A stretch of DNA of 53,113 nt from a virus (Duplodnaviria > Caudoviricetes). Below the pieces are notes generated by a model. It saw only the letters and a program-made list of their open reading frames with translations, was not told where the DNA came from and searched no databases. Shown one piece after another: positions 9,181-17,085 of this stretch. How positions within the stretch are numbered: the stretch's first letter is position 1; each line of letters opens with the position of its first letter. The DNA lies in the IMG/VR virus record IMGVR_UViG_3300017989_000146, positions 1-53,113 of that record. The stretch is one strand, 5' to 3'. The translations under genes and the position numbers were made by a program.

Positions 9181-9280
9181 GACCGGTGCATGTGAAAGTG
9201 GTAGCATGTACTGGTCATAGCAGCTTCGATGTGATGGGCTGGCATCGAAGCAAACCCCGGGAGGGGCTGACGCCCACAAC
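9181..9280 (+). promoter_or_regulatory. structured leader (three hairpins) with possible extended -10 promoter
   Basis: Stems 9181-9192/9205-9216 (two G-U pairs), 9223-9231/9243-9251, CCCC-GGGA-GGGG 9255-9266; TGgTAGCAT at 9199-9207. Confidence 0.5.
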
Positions 9281-9300
9281 CTAAGAGAAGGAGCAAAACC

Positions 9301-9738
9301 ATGGCAGGAGCAAACCAGCACACGAAAAAGAAGAAGCAGAAGGAAGGCATGGACGCGCTGCGTGACCTGCTCGCCGGCAAGGATGCCGGTCGCACCGGCC
9401 CGGCTGAGCTGTTCGAATTCTTCGACGGCATGACCGCGGCAAACGCGAAGCGGACGTACGACGAGTATCAGCATGAGTCGCTCGCCGATATCCGCGCCAA
9501 TCGGCAGAAAGCCGATGACCTGCACGAGCTCTCCGTCCAGGCCATGCAGAACGCCATCGAGACGGCGAACCTGGTCGGCAAGAATGCGACGATCGCGTCC
9601 AATCTCATCAATACCCAGGCCGTCAGGCATGGGGATCTCTCGATCGACCGGCAGTGGAACGTCGACGAGGTGGCGGCGATGCTGACCGTCATCCTGAAGA
9701 CCTTCGCCGGCATGGCATCGGACGACGACGACGACTAG
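9301..9738 (+). CDS. hypothetical protein, probably highly expressed
   Basis: AAGGAG RBS; strong C/G-ending codon bias resembling the capsid gene; basic N-terminus, DDDDD C-terminus. Confidence 0.8.
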   Translation: MAGANQHTKKKKQKEGMDALRDLLAGKDAGRTGPAELFEFFDGMTAANAKRTYDEYQHESLADIRANRQKADDLHELSVQAMQNAIETANLVGKNATIASNLINTQAVRHGDLSIDRQWNVDEVAAMLTVILKTFAGMASDDDDD

Positions 9739-9755
9739 TATTTCACATCAGGATG

Positions 9756-9802
9756 AGTGAAGAGCGCCTGCGGAGATCAGCCCTGCCCAGGCGTTCTTCG
9801 CT
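9756..9802 (+). terminator. stem-loop after the 9301 gene
   Basis: AGTGAAGAGCGCCTG / CAGGCGTTCTTCGCT; weak U-tract. Confidence 0.4.
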
Positions 9803-9927
9803 GAGGTTCGACAAGCAGCGGAGGTTTCTGTTATGATCACATCCAGGTCGGTAATCGACCTCCTGCTCGGGTCATCGATGGTTATCCAGCTGCTCAACGA
9901 TTCGGCTCATAATAGACGGAGGTTGTG

Positions 9928-10689
9928 ATGGCAAAGAAAACAGGTCGGCGCCGGCCCCGCCTTCCGGCACCGAAGACCGTTCCTATCTCGTCACTGACTC
10001 CACACCCGAAGAATTACTGCCAGCACCCCGAAGACCAGATCGAGCACATCAAGGAAAGTATCCTCGAGCATGGGCTTTACAGGAACATCGTCGTCGCGAA
10101 TGACTTGACGATCCTGGCTGGCCACGGCGTTGTGGAAGCAGCGAAGCTTCTCGGTATCAAGCAGGTGCCGATCATCAAAGTGAAAGTCGGCCCCAATGAT
10201 CCTCGTGCGCTGAAGCTGCTCGCCGGCGACAACGAGATCAGTCACCTCAGAGAAATCGATGATAGGATGCTCACGTCGATCTTGAAGGAGATCAAGGAGC
10301 ACGACGAAGAGGGGCTGCTTGGGACGGGGTTCGATGATGCGATGCTGGCGAACCTGCTATTCGTGACGAAGCCGGCGTCAGAGGTGCAGGATTTCGATGA
10401 GGCTGCTCACTGGGTCGGGATGCCCGAGTACAACAAGGAAACTCGACCCCTGCAGATGAACGTCAGCTTCAGGAATATGAAAGACCGCGCTGAGTTCGTG
10501 AAGCTGCTCGGTCTGGATGTGACGGACGCGACGAAGGCGGTCTGGTTCCCACAGCAGGAGCGACGTGACATAGTCTCAGTCAAGTTTCTCGGAGAGGGTT
10601 ACGAGAAGGAATCCCCGACCGGACTGAGTGCGACGCTTGCAGGTGAGCCGCCCGATATTCCTGGGTGGAAGGAGACGAAGAAAAAATGA
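9928..10689 (+). CDS. ParB/Srx-like N-terminal domain protein fused to a W.GMPE domain
   Basis: ISSLTPHPKN..H...QI..I..SI..HG...IVV....ILAGHG..AAK.LG..VP; C-terminal HWVGMPEY...V.F....F..L....T..TK..WFP. Confidence 0.8.
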   Translation: MAKKTGRRRPRLPAPKTVPISSLTPHPKNYCQHPEDQIEHIKESILEHGLYRNIVVANDLTILAGHGVVEAAKLLGIKQVPIIKVKVGPNDPRALKLLAGDNEISHLREIDDRMLTSILKEIKEHDEEGLLGTGFDDAMLANLLFVTKPASEVQDFDEAAHWVGMPEYNKETRPLQMNVSFRNMKDRAEFVKLLGLDVTDATKAVWFPQQERRDIVSVKFLGEGYEKESPTGLSATLAGEPPDIPGWKETKKK

Positions 10690-11440
10690 GCAAGCTGCCG
10701 AAGCACCCCGTATTCGTTCCGACCAAGGCCAGGGCCGAGAATGCTACGACCCCGACCGTCTTGGCCAATGAGGGGATTCAGACGACTCTGTTCGTTGAAT
10801 CTCTGGATGTCGAGCCATACTCGAAGGCATTTCCTGAATGTCCGATAGTCGAACTCCCGGACAAGGACAGGGGAGTCGCCTACGCTCGGCAGTTCGTTTT
10901 GGACTACGCTCGCTCTCAGGGTATCGAGAGGTTCTGCAGGGTATCGAGAGGTTCTGGGAGTTGGACGACGATATCACCGGATTCGGCCGAGTGGAGAACA
11001 TGAAAGTCAATAACGCCACGGCAGCCGAAGTCTTGACGCGGATCGAGGATCTGGTTGATGACTCGCCTCGGATCGCTATGGCTGGCCCCGAGTTTCCGGT
11101 GTGGGCGAGGATGCACCAGAAAGCCTGGAAGATGCACACCCGCGTCGTCTGCTGCATGTTGATGTCTTCGTATACCGGCGTTGACTATGACCTGAACATC
11201 GCATCCAGGGAAGACCTTGACTTCTGTATTGCGACACTCCTGGCTGGATGGGAAACCATTCTGGTGCAAGACTGCGTCATGAAAATCCCGAAGCCAGGAA
11301 ACCCAGGGGGGTGTGCGACTGTGATTTCCGATCGGGCGAAGTCCGACGCTGAGGGTGATGCTATGCTGATGGAAAAGTACCCAGGCTTGATCAGCCCGAG
11401 GAAAGGGAAAAAGGCGACCGTCAGGTGGGCGCGAATCTGA
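10686..11440 (+). pseudogene. GREB1/TAGT-like glycosyltransferase 1, frameshifted by a 20-bp tandem duplication
   Basis: N-part VFVPTKARA..V...D...Y...GVAYARQF; C-part FWELDDDI...EDLDF...GG; removing one repeat copy restores a single 244-aa ORF. Confidence 0.8.
10917..10956 (+). repeat. perfect 20-bp tandem duplication CAGGGTATCGAGAGGTTCTG x2
   Basis: Read directly at 10917-10936 and 10937-10956. Confidence 0.95.
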
Positions 11441-11452
11441 GGAGGCTATGAC

Positions 11453-12340
11453 ATGCCGGCTTCGATACTTCCACGATATCCGATTTACATTCCTTCGAAG
11501 GGACGAGCGAATAAATGCTTCACAGCTCAGTTCCTCATGGCTGACGGGGTCTCGTTCCGACTCGTCGTAGAGGAGACCGAGCAAGATGATTACGCGAATC
11601 GGTTCGGCGCCGAGCGGTTACTGGTGCTCCCCTTCAAGGATCAAGGGTCTGTCATCCCGACAAGAAACTGGATAAAGGCCCACTCTGCTGAAGAGGGATA
11701 CGAACGTCATTGGCAGCTCGATGATAACATCCGGCACATCATGAGATGGAATGATGGCTGGCGAATTCGGTGTGAGGCTGGCCCTGCGATAGCCGCCGTG
11801 GAGGATTTCACGGACAGGTATGAGAATGTCGCAATCTCGGGGATGAACTATGTCATGTTCGGAGTCGGCCCGGCGAAGCCCTTCATCCTGAATTGCCGTG
11901 TCTACTCGTGCAGCCTCATCCTGAACAGTATCCCTCATGAGTGGCGTGTAAGGTATAACGAGGATGCTGATATCTGCCTACAGGTTCTTGCGGACGGATG
12001 GTGCACCGTCCTGGTCAATGCGTTCCTCGTTAAGAAAATCAAGACGATGGTGATCAAGGGCGGGAACACCGACGAGATCTACCAGGGAGACGGGCGCGCG
12101 AAGATGGCTCGTTCGCTTGAGAGGATGTGGCCTGGGGTTGTGAAGACGAAGCGTCGCTTCGGTCGTCCTCAGCATCACATCTTCGATGGGTGGAAGAGAT
12201 TCGATACGCCATTGAAACTGAAACCCGAGGTCGACTTGTCGAAGATGCCGGCAGTTGATGACTATGGGTTGAAGCTGAAGCAGGTTGCCCCGAAGGTGCG
12301 GAGCAAGGAATTGAAAAAGCTGCTGAGGAAAAATGGCTGA
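11453..12340 (+). CDS. GREB1/TAGT-like glycosyltransferase 2
   Basis: YPIYIPSKGRA, VVE..E...Y, RNWI, HWQLDDNI, RVYSC.LI, RYNED.DICL..L, KGGNT..IY, RFGRP.H. Confidence 0.82.
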   Translation: MPASILPRYPIYIPSKGRANKCFTAQFLMADGVSFRLVVEETEQDDYANRFGAERLLVLPFKDQGSVIPTRNWIKAHSAEEGYERHWQLDDNIRHIMRWNDGWRIRCEAGPAIAAVEDFTDRYENVAISGMNYVMFGVGPAKPFILNCRVYSCSLILNSIPHEWRVRYNEDADICLQVLADGWCTVLVNAFLVKKIKTMVIKGGNTDEIYQGDGRAKMARSLERMWPGVVKTKRRFGRPQHHIFDGWKRFDTPLKLKPEVDLSKMPAVDDYGLKLKQVAPKVRSKELKKLLRKNG

Positions 12341-13049
12341 GCAGGTGAACAGTTGGGATCGTCAGGCAGATGAGCGGGATAAGCCTTGGGCCGCGTTCGT
12401 GGTATTCAGGGATATGGGGAAGGATCGGAATCTTCTCCAAGCATACCGCGACACCTACGGTCGCCAGAATGCCAAGAAGGCTCCCGGGTGGTATGCTGCT
12501 TGGGCGAAGAAGCATGACTGGCGTCGTCGTGCTGCTGCCTGGGATGCGCATCTCGATCAGATCGCGCAGGATGGCGTCGAGGATGGTGTCGAGGAACAGG
12601 GGCGACGTCTTGGGGTCGAGTGGAGGGTTCGGCGTTCCGAGTTGATGGAAGTCAGTGCGCGACTACTCCGCAAAGCAGAGCAGATGCTTGACTTCCCGAT
12701 CGCTAGACAAGAGCGCACGACGCAGACCGATGAAGATGGGAACGCGACTGAGATCGTGATCGTCAATCCAGCCAGGTTCACATTCTCGACTGCAGCGAAA
12801 CTGGCCGAGGCCTCGGCCAAGCTCGGAGCTATCGCGGCTGAGAAGTCACTGGATCCGCATCGGTTCGGGATGAATGATGATGCTGATATCGCGGCGATAA
12901 ATTCCGAGAAGCAGAAAGCGATGCAGCGTCTTCTTGCTGACCCTGAAAGCCGGGCCGCTCTCGATGTCCTCGCCAAGAAAACCCCGACTCCGAATTATGC
13001 CAATGGAGTCCAGCCAGAACCCGATGATGATGAGGGGGGTGAAGTCTGA
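12333..13049 (+). CDS. terS: terminase small subunit
   Basis: AF..FRDMG..R.L...W...W..RA.AWD pattern; directly upstream of TerL. Confidence 0.7.
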   Translation: MAEQVNSWDRQADERDKPWAAFVVFRDMGKDRNLLQAYRDTYGRQNAKKAPGWYAAWAKKHDWRRRAAAWDAHLDQIAQDGVEDGVEEQGRRLGVEWRVRRSELMEVSARLLRKAEQMLDFPIARQERTTQTDEDGNATEIVIVNPARFTFSTAAKLAEASAKLGAIAAEKSLDPHRFGMNDDADIAAINSEKQKAMQRLLADPESRAALDVLAKKTPTPNYANGVQPEPDDDEGGEV

Positions 13050-14482
13050 TGCAAGCGACTGCCCTGGACTATGGGAACGATAGCTGGAAATGCTCCATAG
13101 ATGACTATGCCCGAATCGCGTCTGGCGGTGAGTGGTTTCCATACCACTATCTTGAACGCCTCGCTACTAAAATCCGAGATACAATCTTGACTGGCGGCGG
13201 TCGCCTGATTATCGGGATGCCGCCTCAGAACGGGAAATCTCAGCTCATCTCGCGATGGACGACGACGTGGTTTCTCGATACGTTCCCTGATCGGTGGGTA
13301 TTGAATACCAGCTATGAGGCATCGAAGGCGGTCAGGTGGGGTCGTGTCGTCCGTAATTATTTCATGACTGCTTCGAATCCGTGGACGAGGGTACTCCCTG
13401 GACACGCGGCTGCGAATAACTGGGGAACCACGGCTGGCGGGGGGATGGTCTGCGCTGGTGTGAATGGGCCCCTCGCCGGCGAGCCTGGTGATCTGCTCCT
13501 GATTGATGATCCCTATAAAAACTGGCTACAGGCTCATTCCAGGGCATATGAGAAATCGCTATTCGGAGGTGGTGACGCTGAAGAGGCTGGCTGGTTCGAC
13601 TCGACTTTTTATACGAGGCAGAGGCCAGGGGCGACTATCATTCTCATCATGCACCGATGGTCAAAGCATGATCTCGCTGCGTGGCTGCTCAAGGACCATT
13701 CTGATAATTGGGAATTTGTCGCGTGTCCTGCAATCGCTACGAAGAACGATTGGCTCGGTCGGCCCCTCGGGACTCCCCTTTGTCCGCAACGCTATCCCCT
13801 GGACGTTCTCAAAAAAATAAAAGCCGGTGTGTCTCCGCTCGTCTGGGCGGGGCTGTTTCAGCAGGACCCGGTCGCTGAGGGTGGAACGGTTATCCAGCGC
13901 GACTGGCTCAAGCAGTATTGGGATGTGTTACCACCATACTTCGATGAAATCCTCTGTTCCTGGGATATGGCATTCAAGAACAAGGCGACTTCAAGTTTCG
14001 TCTGCGGTCAGGTCTGGGGTCGTTATGCCGGCAAGTTTTTTCTGATCGGCCAGGTTCATGCTCGGATGTCATATACCCAGACCAGGGCAGCCACTGTCCA
14101 GCTCGCCTCCGACTATGAGCATATCGGCGCACACCGGAAGGTGCTGATTGAGGACAAGGCGAACGGGCCGGCGATCATGGATGATCTGTCCGAGGTACTT
14201 CCTGGATTGATCCCGTTCAGCCCTGAGAAATACGGGAGTAAGGAGGCCAGGCTACACGCCACGAGTCCGATATTTCAGGCGAAGAACGTCATCATTCCGA
14301 ACCCGAAAATATATCCGTGGGTGAGTGCCTGGATCGATGATATGACTGCTGCGCCGAATGCTGAATATATGGATAAAGTTGACACGACGACCCAGGCGTT
14401 GATAGAGTTGTCGAAGACGACGGGAGTCGTCGTCGTTCCGAAGATCGAGGGGCTCACGCGGACGAGCCCGTGGAGGAGTTGA
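13049..14482 (+). CDS. terL: terminase large subunit
   Basis: MPPQNGKS Walker A, LLIDDP Walker B, HRW...DL, FQQDP, nuclease SWDMAFK, IEDKANG, D.VD. Confidence 0.95.
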   Translation: MQATALDYGNDSWKCSIDDYARIASGGEWFPYHYLERLATKIRDTILTGGGRLIIGMPPQNGKSQLISRWTTTWFLDTFPDRWVLNTSYEASKAVRWGRVVRNYFMTASNPWTRVLPGHAAANNWGTTAGGGMVCAGVNGPLAGEPGDLLLIDDPYKNWLQAHSRAYEKSLFGGGDAEEAGWFDSTFYTRQRPGATIILIMHRWSKHDLAAWLLKDHSDNWEFVACPAIATKNDWLGRPLGTPLCPQRYPLDVLKKIKAGVSPLVWAGLFQQDPVAEGGTVIQRDWLKQYWDVLPPYFDEILCSWDMAFKNKATSSFVCGQVWGRYAGKFFLIGQVHARMSYTQTRAATVQLASDYEHIGAHRKVLIEDKANGPAIMDDLSEVLPGLIPFSPEKYGSKEARLHATSPIFQAKNVIIPNPKIYPWVSAWIDDMTAAPNAEYMDKVDTTTQALIELSKTTGVVVVPKIEGLTRTSPWRS

Positions 14483-14483
14483 G

Positions 14484-15800
14484 ATGCCTGATTTCGACCC
14501 GAAGAGATTGGCCGAGTTATCGATGAAACGTTCCCGTCCTGAGTTCAACGAGATCGGGTCAACCGGTCTGAAGAGGTACGGCAACACGCTATCCGAAGAA
14601 TTTTTGCCTCAGCTCAAAGGCGGGAAGGCGATGAAGACATTCGCCGAAATGGAGGCGAATGACCCGGCAGTCCGTTCCGGTCTCTTCGTCACGAACATGC
14701 TGCTGAAGCAGGTATCCTGGTATGTCGAGCCGGTGAGTCAGGACAACGTCGATCTTGCCGCGGCCAAGTTCGTCGAACAGTGTATGGAGGATATGTCGTC
14801 GACGTGGGATGATACGATCAGTGAAATACTGACCATGCTGCCATTCGGGTTTTCTCCACTTGAGCTGGTCTATAAACTTCGGAAGGGGGAGACGAACGAC
14901 CCGACGACGAGAAGTCGATTCACGGATGGTCGGATCGGGTGGCGTAAGATGCCGCTCCGGGCGCAGGATACTATCGTAGAGTGGCTGATCGGAGACGACG
15001 GTGGAATCAATGGGCTGAAGCAGACGCCCCCCCCATCCTACAACATGGTCGAGATCCCGATCGAGAAACTCCTTCTATTCAGAACAGACACGATCAAAAA
15101 CAATCCTGAGGGCCGGTCGATTCTTCGCGCTGCTTATCGCCCCTGGTATTTCAAAAAGCGGATCGAGGAAATCGAGGGGATCGGCATCGAGCGTGACCTG
15201 GCCGGGCTGCCTACGGTCTACGCCCCCGCTGAGTGGTTCGGGGAAAGTGCAACTGCGGACCAGAAGCAAGCTCTTGCCACGCTGAAGGATATCGTCATCA
15301 ACGTCAGGCGCGATGAGCAGGAGGGTGTTCTGATTCCCCTCATGTTCGACCGCGATAAAAACCAGCTCATCAAATTCGAGTTGCTATCGACTGGTGGAAA
15401 GCGCCAGCTCGATACAGACAAGGTGATTCGCCGTTACGATCAGCGCATCCTGATGACTGTCCTGTCTGATTTTCTCCTGCTCGGTCACGAGAAAGTCGGG
15501 AGTTACGCTCTGTCGTCCGACCGCACAAATCTTCATGCTGTTGCTATCGGTGGCTGGCTCAAGGTGATCAAGAATGTCTTCAATCGATATGCCATCCCGA
15601 GACTGTTTCACTATAACGATATGCCGGTGAAGGAATTGCCGACTATCGAGCATGGTGATGTAGAAAAGCCGAACGTTGATACGATCATCAGCGCCCTGAA
15701 GTCCATGTCTGACGCCGGTATGGAGTTGTTCCCCGACGAGAAACTCGAAGCATGGATCAGGTCACTCCTAGGAGCTCCCGAGAAAGAAGACGAAGAATGA
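14484..15800 (+). CDS. portal protein (DUF935-like)
   Basis: Follows TerL; EIGSTGL, L.FGFS..E.VY, NNPEGRSILR.AY.PW..K, E.IGIERDLAG.P, GSYAL. Confidence 0.9.
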   Translation: MPDFDPKRLAELSMKRSRPEFNEIGSTGLKRYGNTLSEEFLPQLKGGKAMKTFAEMEANDPAVRSGLFVTNMLLKQVSWYVEPVSQDNVDLAAAKFVEQCMEDMSSTWDDTISEILTMLPFGFSPLELVYKLRKGETNDPTTRSRFTDGRIGWRKMPLRAQDTIVEWLIGDDGGINGLKQTPPPSYNMVEIPIEKLLLFRTDTIKNNPEGRSILRAAYRPWYFKKRIEEIEGIGIERDLAGLPTVYAPAEWFGESATADQKQALATLKDIVINVRRDEQEGVLIPLMFDRDKNQLIKFELLSTGGKRQLDTDKVIRRYDQRILMTVLSDFLLLGHEKVGSYALSSDRTNLHAVAIGGWLKVIKNVFNRYAIPRLFHYNDMPVKELPTIEHGDVEKPNVDTIISALKSMSDAGMELFPDEKLEAWIRSLLGAPEKEDEE

Positions 15801-16120
15801 GCGACGATGTAATGAAAATTACCAACCCGGCGAAGTTCATTCAAGACACCGGCATCCTCGGTGAAATTAACCGGACGATTCTCCATCCTCTCGGTCTTGC
15901 GTTGGCTGTCAATGTTGACGCTGAAGAGGGAGACGTCCAGCCATTCTCGATCTTGGAAACAGCAGACCCTGAGGGGTTTGTTTTCGATGAAGTTGACTCC
16001 ATCGTTCTTCGGTTTAAGGCGTTTTCGATGTCGCGCGCCGATCGTGTCCGCGCACGCGGCCAGGGTCTCGGTCACCTGATTCAGAAACCAGGGGGCGCTC
16101 ACGGTGAGTCCGTCAAGTAA
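15797..16120 (+). CDS. hypothetical protein (EINR..LHPLGLAL motif)
   Basis: ATGA overlap with the portal stop. Confidence 0.65.
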   Translation: MSDDVMKITNPAKFIQDTGILGEINRTILHPLGLALAVNVDAEEGDVQPFSILETADPEGFVFDEVDSIVLRFKAFSMSRADRVRARGQGLGHLIQKPGGAHGESVK

Positions 16121-17072
16121 CGACTATGAAGTCTGGAAGGCTTCTGCTGACGCTGAGGCCAGAAAAGTTTTTCGAGAGATGACCAAGCTCGAGCCGAGAG
16201 CCGCTCGGGCATACATGGTTGCTGTTCGAGAAGCGAAAGGCGGGATTGATGTCGTCGCTCTGAGAGAGGCTCTCGCGTCTGGAAACCTGACTGCGGCTGA
16301 GGCAGCGCTTCACCTTGAACGATTTGAATCTACCGCCGGCTCTGTAACTACGGTTTTCAGGGATGGCTTCGACCGTGGAGCTGAGTCAGGTGCAACTGCA
16401 GCGAAGCCCCTCGTTGTCCCTGGCGCTGTCGCCATCTATGATCCTCTCGATCCATTTATCCAGGCACAACTTCGCCGGCACACGGCTGAGCTGGTTTCTG
16501 GTATCACGAACACGACGAAAGACGGGATCAGGGCCGTCATGGGTCGGGCATACGAGCGTGGGATGCATCCGTCCGCGACTGCCGGTTATATCCAAGACCT
16601 CGTCGGACTCACGAAGCGACAGGCTCTCGCCGTTGATAATCTACACCGCCGATTAATTGATGAAGGGGTGTCGGAAGTAAAGGCGACGGCGAGGGTGAAG
16701 AAATATTCAGCCAAACTCCACAAGCAAAGAGCGATGAACATCGCCAGGACCGAGTCATCTCGGATGGTGAATGCTGGTCGTCACTCGATGTGGAAAAAAC
16801 TAGAACAGGACGGGTCGTTCGGGGATCACGCCAATCGCATTGAACGAGTATGGATAACGAATCCCGATGAGCGCCTCTGTGAACAGTGTGAGCCGCTTGA
16901 CGGAGAGGCTGTCGGGCTGGATGAATCCTTCCCCGGCGGCGTCATGTACCCCCCGCTTCATCCTCAGTGCCGGTGTACGGTAGTCTTGAGGCTGAGGCGT
17001 GAAAAAGCCTGGAAGGTTGGTGTTGGGAATCTGAGAGTCTGTCGGTGCCGGCATCACCGGATGGCTGCCTAA
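16104..17072 (+). CDS. MuF/SPP1 gp7-like minor head protein
   Basis: RA..IARTE, W.T..DER.C..C..LDG, PPLHPQCRC. Confidence 0.9.
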   Translation: MSPSSNDYEVWKASADAEARKVFREMTKLEPRAARAYMVAVREAKGGIDVVALREALASGNLTAAEAALHLERFESTAGSVTTVFRDGFDRGAESGATAAKPLVVPGAVAIYDPLDPFIQAQLRRHTAELVSGITNTTKDGIRAVMGRAYERGMHPSATAGYIQDLVGLTKRQALAVDNLHRRLIDEGVSEVKATARVKKYSAKLHKQRAMNIARTESSRMVNAGRHSMWKKLEQDGSFGDHANRIERVWITNPDERLCEQCEPLDGEAVGLDESFPGGVMYPPLHPQCRCTVVLRLRREKAWKVGVGNLRVCRCRHHRMAA

Positions 17073-17085
17073 CAGGAGGAGCGTC

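Noticed and set aside
9001-9195. 64-aa ORF from the track
   Set aside because: The alternative frame 9017-9175 has the RBS and ATGA coupling and is the more likely gene
9250-9275. c-di-GMP-I riboswitch or hammerhead ribozyme in the 9181 leader
   Set aside because: Only a GCAAACC..GACGC fragment resembles GEMM, with no second stem; the hammerhead CTGANGA/GAAA core is absent
9833-9928. 31-aa ORF with a GGAGG upstream
   Set aside because: Too short and featureless to support, although it abuts the ParB start
16104-17072. MuF polymorphic toxin fusion
   Set aside because: Only ~30 aa follow HPQCRC; there is no toxin domain or immunity gene
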